Shown here one piece after another: positions 1-9,668 of a stretch of 34,236 nucleotides of DNA (position 1 is its first letter; each line of letters begins with the position of its first letter). Source of the stretch: a virus. Its lineage: Duplodnaviria > Caudoviricetes. Under the pieces are notes generated by a model. The model had not been told where the DNA came from. It made no database searches and saw nothing but the letters and a program-made list of their open reading frames with translations. Location of the stretch: positions 1-34,236 of the IMG/VR virus record IMGVR_UViG_3300037419_001349, one strand, 5' to 3'. The position numbers and the translations under genes are program-made.

Positions 1-1733
1 TGAGTGATCTGCGCTCGTCCATGTCTAAAATTGGGACAGTAATCGCTTCCGAGTTGATGGGGCCAGCCGAGGAATTTGCTACATGGCTGGACGACATAGC
101 TTCCGGCAAGCGAGGCGACCTGATGAAGGGGCTTCGTCAAGGTCTTCAGGACGTAAAAAAGGAACTCGGCGGGATTAATTGGAAGCAGGCGGGTGATGAC
201 GCCACTGCTTTTCTGCGAGAGAGCACTGCCTTGGCCGGAACGATGGCCAAAGCGTTTCATGAAATTGCTGAAACTATCCACTATCTGCGTGATGGGGAAT
301 ATGTGCAGGCCCTACGCAGCGCGGATGGCGCTCAAGGCCCTCTCGCGCGCAAGCTTGCCCCTCGTGTTGGCGACGACCAAATCGATGCTGAGGAGAACGT
401 TGAGCGCCTTCGCAAACTGAGAGATATGTCGAAGGAAGCCTCTGGTTTTCTGATCGGCCGCACGCAGCAGCGCATGGGGCTGATGGATACCCCGGAGGCC
501 GCGCAGCAGAAACTGGACGCGGCCGAGGCCGAGTTGAACCGCCTGAAGGCCCGCACACCCGAGCAGCGCCAGAAGGATTTCGAGGCCAGCGAAAAGCTGC
601 GTCGGTCCATTGAGGGCCTGACGGATGAGATGAAGAACCGGCGGGACGGTGCGACGAAGCAGAACTCATCTGCTGAGGGCGACGGTCCCTTCGCTGGCGC
701 TCGCGTTCAGACGGCCGGATACGGAGGCGCGCGGCTTTATGGCGGCGGCTCTGGCCCCGGCTATCGTGGGGAGCAAGGCGAGCGCGATGCCGCTCGGGAG
801 CAGTTCCGCGAGCACCTGAAGCGAACCGTGCCGGGCTATACGGGCGGAGATACGGTGCCATTGGCGCCGGGCTCTAAGGTGCCGGAGATGGGCGGCGCCG
901 GGCGCTTGTCCGGAATTGGGCGAGGGTTTGGAGGGCGTACCAATGCCAGGGCGCCTGAAGGATCCGGCATATATCGCCCTGAATACAAGCTCAGCGATGC
1001 TGATCTTGACCAGCGTGTCGTGAACAAAATCGCTGGCGAAGTCAGCACTCGAAATCCTGAAGGTGTCGACGCGGTCATCAACAACATGATGAACCGGATC
1101 GGCACGAAAAGCTGGGGGCCAAGTTCTAATCTTCGCGACGTTGCGCTCGCCCGCGGTCAGTATGCCGGAAATCGGCCCGCGTCGGCCAGCGAGACTGAGT
1201 TCATCCGCTCTCGCATCCGGGCCATCGCGTCGGGCGGGGTTCCGGACAACACTGGCGGATCCAACTCATACCGCGCTGAGAGCTATTACCGCGGCGAAGG
1301 CCGAAATCGGACCTGGGCTCGCACTTCTCAAATTGGCCCGAACGTTGGAGGCAATCGCTACGGCTTCGTAGCCGGAGCGCCTAACGGTCCATATGCTCCT
1401 TATAGCGATGATGTTGTCGCTAGTCGGCGGGTTTCGTCTATGGCGCGCGCTGATGCCGGTATCTCGGCCGCGGACGGCGAGGGCTGGGCGGCGCGGGAGA
1501 AGGCTCGGAAAGCCTTTGACGCGCAGATGCAACAGAATGAGGGGCGACTAGACGCATCTGCCGCTCGCGCAGGTGTCGTCGGCGGCCAAAAGGTCGAGGC
1601 AAATGGCAGCGTCTACGTGCAGGTTCACAAGCCTGGACCGGACACGAGCGTCCGCACCTCTGCCTCTGGCAATTTGTTCAAGGACGTGGTTTTGAGCCGC
1701 GGCCGGACGATGGCCCCTGCGGAGCGGACCTGA
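1..1733 (+). CDS. Tape measure protein, C-terminal part (5' truncated by window), with an embedded cell-wall hydrolase (Hydrolase_2/SleB-like) domain
   Basis: Frame is open to the window edge. Helical Ala/Gly-rich sequence. Segment IAGEVSTRNPEGVDAVINNMMNR...VALARGQY resembles the SleB-like hydrolase motif. Lies directly upstream of the Mu-like baseplate genes. Confidence 0.75.
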   Translation, partial: SDLRSSMSKIGTVIASELMGPAEEFATWLDDIASGKRGDLMKGLRQGLQDVKKELGGINWKQAGDDATAFLRESTALAGTMAKAFHEIAETIHYLRDGEYVQALRSADGAQGPLARKLAPRVGDDQIDAEENVERLRKLRDMSKEASGFLIGRTQQRMGLMDTPEAAQQKLDAAEAELNRLKARTPEQRQKDFEASEKLRRSIEGLTDEMKNRRDGATKQNSSAEGDGPFAGARVQTAGYGGARLYGGGSGPGYRGEQGERDAAREQFREHLKRTVPGYTGGDTVPLAPGSKVPEMGGAGRLSGIGRGFGGRTNARAPEGSGIYRPEYKLSDADLDQRVVNKIAGEVSTRNPEGVDAVINNMMNRIGTKSWGPSSNLRDVALARGQYAGNRPASASETEFIRSRIRAIASGGVPDNTGGSNSYRAESYYRGEGRNRTWARTSQIGPNVGGNRYGFVAGAPNGPYAPYSDDVVASRRVSSMARADAGISAADGEGWAAREKARKAFDAQMQQNEGRLDASAARAGVVGGQKVEANGSVYVQVHKPGPDTSVRTSASGNLFKDVVLSRGRTMAPAERT

Positions 1734-1744
1734 GGCGCGCGCGC

Positions 1745-1996
1745 TCAGCCGCCATCAAAGTACGCGCTGGCACGGACGCATCCGTCTTTGTAGCAGACGT
1801 AAGGCCCGCTGCTGGTTCGCATCCAGCACGGCTCTTTCGGCATGCTCTTGAGGGCGGCATCGCTATCTGCTCGCCACCGCGTCAAGAAAGCCGCCGAGCA
1901 ATTCTTAGTCGGAAGGTCTTCCGCGCACGCCACAGTGGCAAGGCAGCCAATGGCTAGTCCAGCGGCGATTGCCCCTAACCCTGTCACCGAGATCAT
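1745..1996 (-). CDS. Small exported Cys-containing protein (moron, antisense to tail operon)
   Basis: 83 aa, hydrophobic N-terminus ending ACA-E, four further Cys. Overlaps the upstream - strand gene by 4 nt (ATGA). Confidence 0.6.
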   Translation of the reverse strand: MISVTGLGAIAAGLAIGCLATVACAEDLPTKNCSAAFLTRWRADSDAALKSMPKEPCWMRTSSGPYVCYKDGCVRASAYFDGG

Positions 1997-2334
1997 CGGA
2001 TCACTCCACGCCAGATGGTGTTGCCGGCATTCACGTTCGTTCGCAGCGCCTCACACGATGCGCCCGGCTGTGTGCGAAGGATGCTGATCAAGCTGCCGTA
2101 GTGGTATTGCAAACGGGCGTAGTAAAATCCGCCACGGTTGATGTCGCCGCTGTATATGCCGTTGAAGTTCAAGGCGTTTTCCAGCCTGGAATGGTCAACT
2201 GGCAGCTTGCAGTATGTCTCGGCGACCATGACGATAGCCAGGGTGTTGATCGTCATCTCAGCCGGGACGCCAGACTGTGCGCTGGCACCCTGAAAGCCGA
2301 TGATGAACGCCAATGCTGCAAGTGTCGTGCGCAT
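1993..2334 (-). CDS. Small exported protein (moron, antisense to tail operon)
   Basis: ATG at 2334 gives MRTTLAALAFIIGFQGASA-Q, a Sec-type signal peptide. 113 aa with two Cys. Lower GC than flanks. Confidence 0.65.
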   Translation of the reverse strand: MRTTLAALAFIIGFQGASAQSGVPAEMTINTLAIVMVAETYCKLPVDHSRLENALNFNGIYSGDINRGGFYYARLQYHYGSLISILRTQPGASCEALRTNVNAGNTIWRGVIR

Positions 2335-2387
2335 ACTCTCAAGATGGAGAGCGCAAGCGTAGGCGTCGAGGGGAACGGTTATAGAAC

Positions 2388-2906
2388 ATGGCCGATAGTC
2401 CTTGGCGCGCTCGCCTGCGCCCTGCATCGTTCCGCGGCGTGCCCTTCCACGTCGAGGTGGGTGGCCGCTCAGCAGGCAGGCGTCTCGCCTTCCATGAATT
2501 TCCGAAACGGGATGTACCCTACACGGAAGACCTCGGCCGCCGCGGTCGAGCGTTCCCGATCACTGGCTACTGCATCGGTCCTTTTTACCTCGACGAGCGC
2601 GACGATCTGCTTGAAGCGCTGGACGAAGAAGGGGCGGGCACGCTCGTCCACCCGACGCTCGGAGAGTTCGAGGTCAAGGTCGGCCAGTGCGCGGCGCAGG
2701 AGCGCCGGGAGCGCGGCGGCTACGTCGAAATCGAGATGCAGTTCTTTGAGGCCGGCGAAGACGATGCCTTCGACGTGCAGGACGACACGCAGGATCAGGT
2801 CCGGACCCAGGCGAGTTCGGCAGGTTCTACGGCCGCAACAGCTGGCGACGCTCAGCTTGCCAAAGAGAACGAAGCCCTGAACCGGGCCATAGCTGCGGGT
2901 GCCTGA
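2388..2906 (+). CDS. Mu gp43/N-like DNA circularisation protein, N-terminal domain
   Basis: WRARLRPASFRGVPF...GRRLAFHEFP..D.PYTEDLGR...GTLVHPTLG is the DNA_circ_N signature. Confidence 0.9.
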   Translation: MADSPWRARLRPASFRGVPFHVEVGGRSAGRRLAFHEFPKRDVPYTEDLGRRGRAFPITGYCIGPFYLDERDDLLEALDEEGAGTLVHPTLGEFEVKVGQCAAQERRERGGYVEIEMQFFEAGEDDAFDVQDDTQDQVRTQASSAGSTAATAGDAQLAKENEALNRAIAAGA

Positions 2907-3581
2907 ATGAGCCTGCGCCGTGATCAGCCAGCCCTCGACATGCTGGGGGCCATCCTTGATGCGATCTTGTCGTATTCAGGGGCCGACGACCTCGGGACTG
3001 TTGGGGCGGATCTAGACGCAGCAGTCGGCGACCTGCGCGCCAATGCGCAGGGCCTTTTGCGGCGAGCGGCGATCAACACGCCCCTGTTCAACTGCTTCGA
3101 CCTTGCTCGCGGGACGGGCATGACTTTCGACGCGATGGAGCGGCTGCGCACCGCGCTCGCCGCGCTCACGACGACAGATGCGCGCGCTACCATCCTCCAA
3201 GCCCGCGGCATGGTCTTCTGCTGCATTCAGGAAGCTGCGATCCTGGCCGACACGACCTTCCCCAGCCGGAACGAGGTCGAGCGGGTTCAGGGGCTTGCGA
3301 CTGCGGCCTTCACCGTCTCGCAGGACGCGATGGCGGACTTGGGAGATGCGGACACCTACCGAGCGCTGGTCGGCCTACGTGCCGCGATGGTTCGGGATTT
3401 GACCGACCGGGCACGGCCGCTGCCGCAGCTGGTATCCTACAGCCTCGCCAACAACCCGTCCTCGCTTGTGCTAGCGCAGCGCCTCTACGGCGATGCAAGT
3501 CGGGCAGACGAGTTGGTTCAAGAAAATGAAGTGGTTAACCCGCTTTTCATGCCGTCTAACGGACGCTCATTGTCAGCCTGA
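2907..3581 (+). CDS. Mu gp43/N-like protein, C-terminal part (LysM-like end)
   Basis: C-terminal SLVLAQRLYGDASRADELVQENEVVNPLFMP is typical of the C-terminus of Mu N-like proteins. Confidence 0.8.
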   Translation: MSLRRDQPALDMLGAILDAILSYSGADDLGTVGADLDAAVGDLRANAQGLLRRAAINTPLFNCFDLARGTGMTFDAMERLRTALAALTTTDARATILQARGMVFCCIQEAAILADTTFPSRNEVERVQGLATAAFTVSQDAMADLGDADTYRALVGLRAAMVRDLTDRARPLPQLVSYSLANNPSSLVLAQRLYGDASRADELVQENEVVNPLFMPSNGRSLSA

Positions 3582-3584
3582 CCG

Positions 3585-4706
3585 ATGCCCAACCCAAAGG
3601 AAGTCGCCAGCATCCAGGTGAACGGCAAGCGCTACCTCAACTGGAAGACGGTATCGGTCAACCGGACCTTCGGCGCGGTCGCGAGCATGGCGACCTTCAC
3701 CGCGGCATCGCCCGCCGAGTCCGGCGTGCCGACTTGGGATAGCTTGAAGCTGCGGGTTGCGGATCGCGCCATCATCAACCTCGCCGGTCGCAAGGTCATC
3801 GACGGCACGATCTCGGCCCGGCAGCCTGCCTACAACGACAAGGAACACGGCCTCCAGATCACCGTCACGTCGAAGATGGCGGATATCATCAACTCGACGG
3901 TCGATCACGAGAAGGGCGAGTTTAAAAATTACAGCCTAAGCCAGATCGCGAACTCCGTTCTTCAGCCCTACGGGATCAAATTCCAGCTTCAGGGCAGCAC
4001 GGACGGCGCCGACAAGGTCTTCCCGAAGGTCAACGTTCAGGCTGGTGAGACCGTGTTCGCCTTCATCGAACGCCTCTGCCGCTTCCGCAACGTGTTCCTG
4101 CGCGACGACCAAGACGGCAACATGATCGCCTATCGCGCGGGCGATCAGAACGGCACGGGCGCTGAGTTGGAACTGGGCCGAAACATCAAGGCCGGTTCGC
4201 TGCTGATGTGCGATGAGAACGCGCTCAGCAAGATCGATGCAGTCGGTCAGCAGCCCGGCAACGATCAGACGTTCGGGGACGCCTCCAGAGACGTGAAAGC
4301 GACGGCCACGAACCCCGCGGTCACGCGAAACCGTCCCTTCAGTTTCATGGCTGAGATGCCCGGCGACAAGCGCGATATGCAGATGCGCGCAGACCATGAG
4401 CTGGCGACGAATTACGTCACGATGCTTTCCGGCAGCTATACGGTCCAAGGCTGGTTCAAGGACAGCAGCACGCTCTGGCTGGAGATGATCGGCAAGACAA
4501 TCACCGTCTACGACCCCTTCATGTTCCCCGACAATCACATGGCGCTGGCGATCCAGGGCGTGACGTCCACGCAAGGGCCGGAAGGCACCCTCTCAGTCCT
4601 GGAGATGTGCCTGCCGGGGCGCCTTGGCGGTGGAAATCGGATCGAGGCGAACGGACCCGGCGGCGTGCCGGGCCTGTATGGCTCGGGAACGGCGTCGGCG
4701 ATCTGA
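3585..4706 (+). CDS. Baseplate hub protein (Mu gp44/P-like)
   Basis: 373 aa; IQVNGKRYLNWKTVSV, GETVFAFIERLCR, LELGRNIK motifs; synteny. Confidence 0.85.
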   Translation: MPNPKEVASIQVNGKRYLNWKTVSVNRTFGAVASMATFTAASPAESGVPTWDSLKLRVADRAIINLAGRKVIDGTISARQPAYNDKEHGLQITVTSKMADIINSTVDHEKGEFKNYSLSQIANSVLQPYGIKFQLQGSTDGADKVFPKVNVQAGETVFAFIERLCRFRNVFLRDDQDGNMIAYRAGDQNGTGAELELGRNIKAGSLLMCDENALSKIDAVGQQPGNDQTFGDASRDVKATATNPAVTRNRPFSFMAEMPGDKRDMQMRADHELATNYVTMLSGSYTVQGWFKDSSTLWLEMIGKTITVYDPFMFPDNHMALAIQGVTSTQGPEGTLSVLEMCLPGRLGGGNRIEANGPGGVPGLYGSGTASAI

Positions 4707-4707
4707 C

Positions 4708-5490
4708 ATGCACCGCACCCCACCTCGCCCCGCCGTTGATCGGATCGCGAACAGCCTTTCGCGCTCGGTCATCAGTTCGATCAACGACAGTCCCTTCATG
4801 CAGACGCTGGGCGTCAAGATCCGGGGCGCTGAGACCAACTCTGACGTCGAGCACTGGCATCCGTTCGGATCGACCGCCTTCCCGATGGGGGCTACGACCG
4901 ACGAGCAGGCCAAGGCCGGCATGATGAAGGGCGCGGCCGAGGTCATCCTCGGCACGCTCACCGGCAACAACTCGCACCCAATCGCGATGCCGGCGGCGGA
5001 CCGCCGCTTCCGCCCCAACGGCATGAAGGCCGGCGAGCACGTCCTGCACGACGCCTTCAAACAGTTCCTGCACTTCGGCGAGAACGCCGCGGTGCTGGAG
5101 AGCCCGAAGAGCTTCGTTCACCGGGTCGCGTCCGACAAGCAACAGAGCGGCAGCGGCGGTGGAAGCGGCTCAGGCTCGTCCTCTGGCGACCAGAAGAAGA
5201 ACAACGGCGCGAACGTCGCGGCCGAGAAGGATGTGCAGGTCAACGTCGAGGCCAAGCAGGATGGTACCTATGCCGTCACGGCCAAAGACGCTGGAACCCT
5301 CACCTTCAAGACACTCACCATCAAAGCTGGCGGCTGCACGATCACCATGGCTGACGGCAAAATCATCCTCGACGGCGAAGTGCATCTGGGCGGCTCCGGC
5401 GGCCAGCGCATCGGCATGGTCGGCACGCAGGACACCCGCGGCGACGCGCTTACGACAGGTGGCGCGGCAACCAAGGTCTACGCCACCTGA
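4708..5490 (+). CDS. Baseplate spike protein (Mu gp45-like)
   Basis: ATG one base after the hub stop. VEHWHPFG...DRRFRPNGMKAGEHVLHD motif and beta-rich C-terminus. Confidence 0.85.
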   Translation: MHRTPPRPAVDRIANSLSRSVISSINDSPFMQTLGVKIRGAETNSDVEHWHPFGSTAFPMGATTDEQAKAGMMKGAAEVILGTLTGNNSHPIAMPAADRRFRPNGMKAGEHVLHDAFKQFLHFGENAAVLESPKSFVHRVASDKQQSGSGGGSGSGSSSGDQKKNNGANVAAEKDVQVNVEAKQDGTYAVTAKDAGTLTFKTLTIKAGGCTITMADGKIILDGEVHLGGSGGQRIGMVGTQDTRGDALTTGGAATKVYAT

Positions 5491-5978
5491 TGCCCGACAC
5501 CATCGTCGTCCAATCCCGCTGCGCGGTGACGCGCGAGTGGCTTCTGACCCCCGTGGATCAGCGCGACCCTGCGGAAGATCTCGCCGATTGCGTGGTGATC
5601 GCGCTCGGGACGGATCGGCTGGCGCAGCCGGACGATGAATTGCCTGAGAAGGGTGATATCAACCGGCGTGGCTGGTGGGGCGACCTTGATGCCGATGCCG
5701 TCCGCGATGGTTGGCCAATCGGCACACGCTTGTGGCTCCTATCCCGATCCAGCATCACCGGCTCTGCAGCCCGCCGTGGCAGCACGGTTGCGCGCGTTGA
5801 GACATACATCCGTGAAGCGCTCCAACCCTTCAAGGAGAAGGGTGTCGCCTCTCGCATCAGCGTGTCGGCAGAGCGCGTCGGCGTCGAACGGATCGATGCA
5901 ACGGCTACGCTCTACCGCGGGCCGCTGGCGTCGATTGTCCTTCGGTTCTCGGATCTCTGGCAGAGCATCAGGGCCTGA
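5490..5978 (+). CDS. Baseplate wedge protein (Mu gp46-like)
   Basis: VIALGTDRLA...RRGWWGD...IGTRLWLL.R is the GP46 signature. Confidence 0.9.
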   Translation: MPDTIVVQSRCAVTREWLLTPVDQRDPAEDLADCVVIALGTDRLAQPDDELPEKGDINRRGWWGDLDADAVRDGWPIGTRLWLLSRSSITGSAARRGSTVARVETYIREALQPFKEKGVASRISVSAERVGVERIDATATLYRGPLASIVLRFSDLWQSIRA

Positions 5979-5981
5979 CGC

Positions 5982-6152
5982 ATGACTAGAGACTGGCGCA
6001 AGCCCATTAAGATGCCGCGCGATCTGCCGCCGGTCGATGCCGGCGGCATCAGTCAACGTCCGGCTGATTTTTCTGCGCTTTCAGCAGCAACCTTGGTCAT
6101 CCTTCTCTGTCTGGCCGGGGCCTGCGTCGTCGTTATTGCCAAGGCCATCTGA
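5982..6152 (+). CDS. 56-aa single-TM membrane protein (below ORF-track cutoff)
   Basis: MTRDWRKPIKMPRDLPPVDAGGISQRPADFSALSAATLVILLCLAGACVVVIAKAI; fills the gap between gp46 and gp47 with 3-nt spacers on each side. Confidence 0.55.
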   Translation: MTRDWRKPIKMPRDLPPVDAGGISQRPADFSALSAATLVILLCLAGACVVVIAKAI

Positions 6153-6155
6153 AGT

Positions 6156-7250
6156 ATGCCTTTGCAGATCCCCACGCTCGCGGAAACCCGTGGGCTCAGC
6201 CGCGATGCCGTCATCGAGGCGCTGCGCGTCGGCGCGCTGCCCGGCAACTGCCCGGCCGGCATCCTCGCGGACGACAACGGCGCGCTTGCCTTTCTCGTCC
6301 TGCAGTACATCGCTCGACAGGCGAAGGAGTACCTGCCGGATCAAGCCGGCGAGCAGATGCTCCAGCGTTGGGCCGACATCTTCCTGCCCGGCGGGAGGAA
6401 GGCGGCGACTTACAGCATGCTCACCGCGACCCTGTCTGGCCCGGCCGGCACGGTAGTTCCGCAGGGCACGCAGTTCTCCTATAAAGGCATTCTGTTCCAG
6501 TCCCTTGCGGACGCGACGCTTGGCGGGGTCGACGTCACCACCACGCTCAGCGTGCGAGCACTCACTGCCGGCATCGTCGGCAACCTCGACACGGGCACCG
6601 GACTCTCGCTGATCGCCGCGATCTCAGGCGTGACGGCCTCCGCCACCGTGACTGGGATCACGAGCTACGGCGTCGATATCGAGAGCGTCGACAGCCTTCG
6701 CGACCGAGTGTTGTTCCGGATCCGCAAGCCGCCGATGGGCGGAGATGCCGACGACTATGTCGCCTGGGCTCGCGAAGTGCCGGGTGTGACCCGCGCTTGG
6801 TGCGCGCCGAACGAAATGGGTCCCGGCACCGTCACTGTCCGGTTCATGATGGACGACCTGCGCGCGTCGAGCGGCGGCTTCCCGACCGCCGCCGACTGCG
6901 CGACGGTGAGAGCTTACCTCGACACGGTGCGACCGGTCGCGGTCCGAGACTTGTTCGTCTCGTCCCCGATTGCTCAGCCAATCAGCGTTGCCATTGGCAA
7001 CCTGTCGGCATCCAGCGCCTCCACCAAAGCCGCGGTCATTGCCAGCCTCTCCGCGATGCTGAGAGAGCGGGCGGCGCCCGCGCAGGCCGTCAACGGGGCA
7101 CTGGTGCCGGCGCAGACCATTTATGCCGCCTGGGTCTCGGAGGCGATCTCGGCCGCCGAAGGTGTAGACTACTTTGACCTTGGCTTCTCCGATGCCGTCA
7201 TGCCGAACAACGGCAGCATGGCGACATTGGGCACGGTGGCCTTCACCTGA
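6156..7250 (+). CDS. Baseplate J-like protein (Mu gp47-like)
   Basis: ESVDSLRDRVL..IRKPPMGGDADDYVAWAREVPGVTRAWC...GPGTVTVRF motif. Confidence 0.92.
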   Translation: MPLQIPTLAETRGLSRDAVIEALRVGALPGNCPAGILADDNGALAFLVLQYIARQAKEYLPDQAGEQMLQRWADIFLPGGRKAATYSMLTATLSGPAGTVVPQGTQFSYKGILFQSLADATLGGVDVTTTLSVRALTAGIVGNLDTGTGLSLIAAISGVTASATVTGITSYGVDIESVDSLRDRVLFRIRKPPMGGDADDYVAWAREVPGVTRAWCAPNEMGPGTVTVRFMMDDLRASSGGFPTAADCATVRAYLDTVRPVAVRDLFVSSPIAQPISVAIGNLSASSASTKAAVIASLSAMLRERAAPAQAVNGALVPAQTIYAAWVSEAISAAEGVDYFDLGFSDAVMPNNGSMATLGTVAFT

Positions 7251-7915
7251 TGGCCGATCTGTTCGTCCGACGCTCGGCTGTCGACTACGCTGAGGCTTTT
7301 GATAATCTGCACCCGGTCGGCCCGGCTTGGCCACGCGCCGAGTCTCCCGCGCCTGATGATGCAACTCCGCGGGGGGATGACGAGGCGCTCTCTGACCTGA
7401 CGCGCGGGCTTGCGCAAGTCTGGGGTGACAAGGTCGATGCCAGGGCGGCCGACCTGCTCTTTATCGAGACAGACCCGCGTTACACGAGCGATCTGCTTTC
7501 GGACTGGGAGAACGCTTTCGGGCTGCCCGATCCGTGTGTGCAGCGGCCTCAGACGCTTGAAGAGCGCCGCCTCGCCCTCGTAACCAAGCTTACGACCGAG
7601 GGCGGCCAGTCCCGAGCATTCTTCATCGCGCTAGCGGTGGCCCTCGGTTACGCGATCACGATCACCGAATACTCGCCGTTCATGGCGGGCCTCAGCCGCG
7701 CGGGCGACCCGAATTGGTCGGTCGGGAGCCCCGGCATCCGCTTCTATTGGACGATCACGGTGACTGGGCCGCGGCTGTCATGGTTCCGGGGCGGTCAAGG
7801 GCATGCCGGCATCGACCCGCTGTGCCGTATCAGCCGCGCCGACGACCTTGAGTGCCGGCTACGCCGCTTCAAGCCCGCGCACACTGAATTGATCTTCAAC
7901 TACACTGGCGTTTGA
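7250..7915 (+). CDS. Baseplate protein (Mu gp48/YmfQ DUF2313-like)
   Basis: LHPVGPAWPR, LLSDWENAFGLPDPC, GGQSRAFFIALA, LECRLRRFKPAHT motifs. Confidence 0.9.
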   Translation: MADLFVRRSAVDYAEAFDNLHPVGPAWPRAESPAPDDATPRGDDEALSDLTRGLAQVWGDKVDARAADLLFIETDPRYTSDLLSDWENAFGLPDPCVQRPQTLEERRLALVTKLTTEGGQSRAFFIALAVALGYAITITEYSPFMAGLSRAGDPNWSVGSPGIRFYWTITVTGPRLSWFRGGQGHAGIDPLCRISRADDLECRLRRFKPAHTELIFNYTGV

Positions 7916-7933
7916 CGCCTCTCGGAGCATCGA

Positions 7934-8779
7934 ATGGATCGCGTCGGCCCCTTCGACACATCAACTCTAACAGTTCCTTATGGCTCGTTGGCTGCTTGGC
8001 AGAACGCAGCCCCCGGAAGCGGCATCGAGGGCTCGGTCCCGTCTGTAGAGGCGTGGATCCACGCCATCGAGGAGATCGTCTACTGCATCGAGCAGAGCGG
8101 GCAGACCCCCGACCACACGAACCTGCATCAGCTCAAGCAGGCCATCGTCAATCTCTCCAGCAGCACGGGCCAGACCGTGATTGCCCAGACCCCAGTCGGC
8201 AAAGGGCTGTTCTCGAAGCAGGTCGCCGGCTCCTACACCTGGACGGTCCCGGCTGGCGTCTATTGGGTCTATGCGACCTGCGTCGGTGCCGGTGCGGGCG
8301 GTTCGGGCACCTCGACCGCGGGCACTCAGGCCGGCGCGGGCGGTGGCGGCGGTGGGGCCGCCGCGGGCTGGATCGCCGTCACGCCGGGGCAGGTGATCCC
8401 CTATGTGGTCGGCGGCGCGTCGCTGGGCGTCGGCTACGCGGGCAACTCCGGCAACGGCGGCACCTCTTCGATCAGCTCGATCATGCAGGCGACCGGCGGG
8501 CGCGGCGTCAGCAACAACGGCAACGCGGGCGGTGCAGGCGGCGTCGGTACGGGTGGCCAACTCAACATCGCGGGCGGCTGCGGCAACGACGCTCCCGTTG
8601 GGACGGCCAACTATCCCGGCGGCTTCGGCGGCAGTTCATTGCTCGGCGGCGGCGGCCGAACCGGCGTGATCGGCGTGGACGGCGTCGCGCCCGGCACGGG
8701 CGGCGGCGGCGGGTACACGACCCAATTTACCCAGAACGGCGGCAAGGGTGCCGACGGCTACGTCAGCTTCCAATACTGA
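7934..8779 (+). CDS. Short tail fibre with glycine-rich domain
   Basis: N-terminal baseplate-attachment motif (EEIVYCIEQSGQTPD..NLHQLKQAI) followed by WTVPAGV..V...VGAGAGG Gly-rich domain. Confidence 0.8.
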   Translation: MDRVGPFDTSTLTVPYGSLAAWQNAAPGSGIEGSVPSVEAWIHAIEEIVYCIEQSGQTPDHTNLHQLKQAIVNLSSSTGQTVIAQTPVGKGLFSKQVAGSYTWTVPAGVYWVYATCVGAGAGGSGTSTAGTQAGAGGGGGGAAAGWIAVTPGQVIPYVVGGASLGVGYAGNSGNGGTSSISSIMQATGGRGVSNNGNAGGAGGVGTGGQLNIAGGCGNDAPVGTANYPGGFGGSSLLGGGGRTGVIGVDGVAPGTGGGGGYTTQFTQNGGKGADGYVSFQY

Positions 8780-8787
8780 GGCCAGCG

Positions 8788-9267
8788 ATGACAGACGAGA
8801 CCCCGACCAAAGTCTGGGCTTGGCATCCGGACGGCGTGATCGTCGAGGTTGTCGAACTGCCGGCCGAATGGGTGCCGGGGCGCGACATCTACACGCCCGA
8901 ACACGCCGCTGACATGAGCGACGTCTCCGCGCTCACGCCGCGGCCCGACCAGGGCTGGACGACCGCTGACGGAGGCGAGACGTTCGCCGCCCCCGCCGTG
9001 CCCGCGCCGCCCGTCCCCGCATCCGTGTCGAGCGCGCAGGCGAAGATCCAGTGCCTGCGCACGCCCGGCGCGGAGAGCGGCAAGACGCTCCTCGATGACA
9101 TCGCCGACGCCGCTCGGGACGCAGGCGGGGAGGCTGCAATCTGGTTCTCCGACGCCCGGACTTGGGAACGCGCCAACCCCTACGTCGCCAGTCTTAGCAG
9201 CCGGCTAAAGCTGACGCCGGAGCAAGTGGATCAGTTATTCATTGAAGCAGCGCAGATTGCGGCTTGA
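8788..9267 (+). CDS. Tail fibre assembly/chaperone-like protein
   Basis: ATG 8788; PDQGWT..GGETFAAP, VPASVSSAQAK, WERANP...LKLTPEQVDQLFIEAAQI are typical of proteins following tail fibres. Confidence 0.65.
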   Translation: MTDETPTKVWAWHPDGVIVEVVELPAEWVPGRDIYTPEHAADMSDVSALTPRPDQGWTTADGGETFAAPAVPAPPVPASVSSAQAKIQCLRTPGAESGKTLLDDIADAARDAGGEAAIWFSDARTWERANPYVASLSSRLKLTPEQVDQLFIEAAQIAA

Positions 9268-9668
9268 CGCTCGTGACACAGATCCTGAACCTGCCGCTCC
9301 TCACGTTTCCGGTTACTATCGCGAACAATGAGGACTGGACAGACTCCTGGGCCTACATCGACGCGTCATCCAACCCGATCTCGCTTGCGGGTCTGACGTT
9401 GGTCATGATGGTTCGCAAGCAGGCCGCTGATCCGGTGCTGTACTTGGCCGCGTCCAGCGTGTCCGGCACCATCGGTGGCCCCCTGCCAGCCGGTAGCATC
9501 GTGACCGGCGGCGATGGGCTCAACGTTGTCGCCCTTTCGATCTCAAAAACCTTGGTCTCAACCCTCGCGGCAGGAACCTACGTGTTTGAGATGCAAGCGA
9601 CCGGAGAGGGCGTCACTCGCACCATTGCGACCGGCCCCCTGCTCGTCAATCAGGGTATTGTGCGATGA
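9264..9668 (+). CDS. Tail adaptor-like beta-sandwich protein
   Basis: 134 aa; PISLAG...TLAAGTYVFEMQ...IATGPLLV.QGIVR pattern seen in adaptors preceding tailspikes. Confidence 0.5.
   Translation: MTLVTQILNLPLLTFPVTIANNEDWTDSWAYIDASSNPISLAGLTLVMMVRKQAADPVLYLAASSVSGTIGGPLPAGSIVTGGDGLNVVALSISKTLVSTLAAGTYVFEMQATGEGVTRTIATGPLLVNQGIVR

Noticed and set aside
7912-8787. 451-aa ORF 7912-9267 and many long opposite-strand ORFs (e.g. 16281-17591, 11521-12453)
   Set aside because: Arg/Pro-rich shadow frames of real genes in high-GC DNA; the real gene in that frame starts at 8788.
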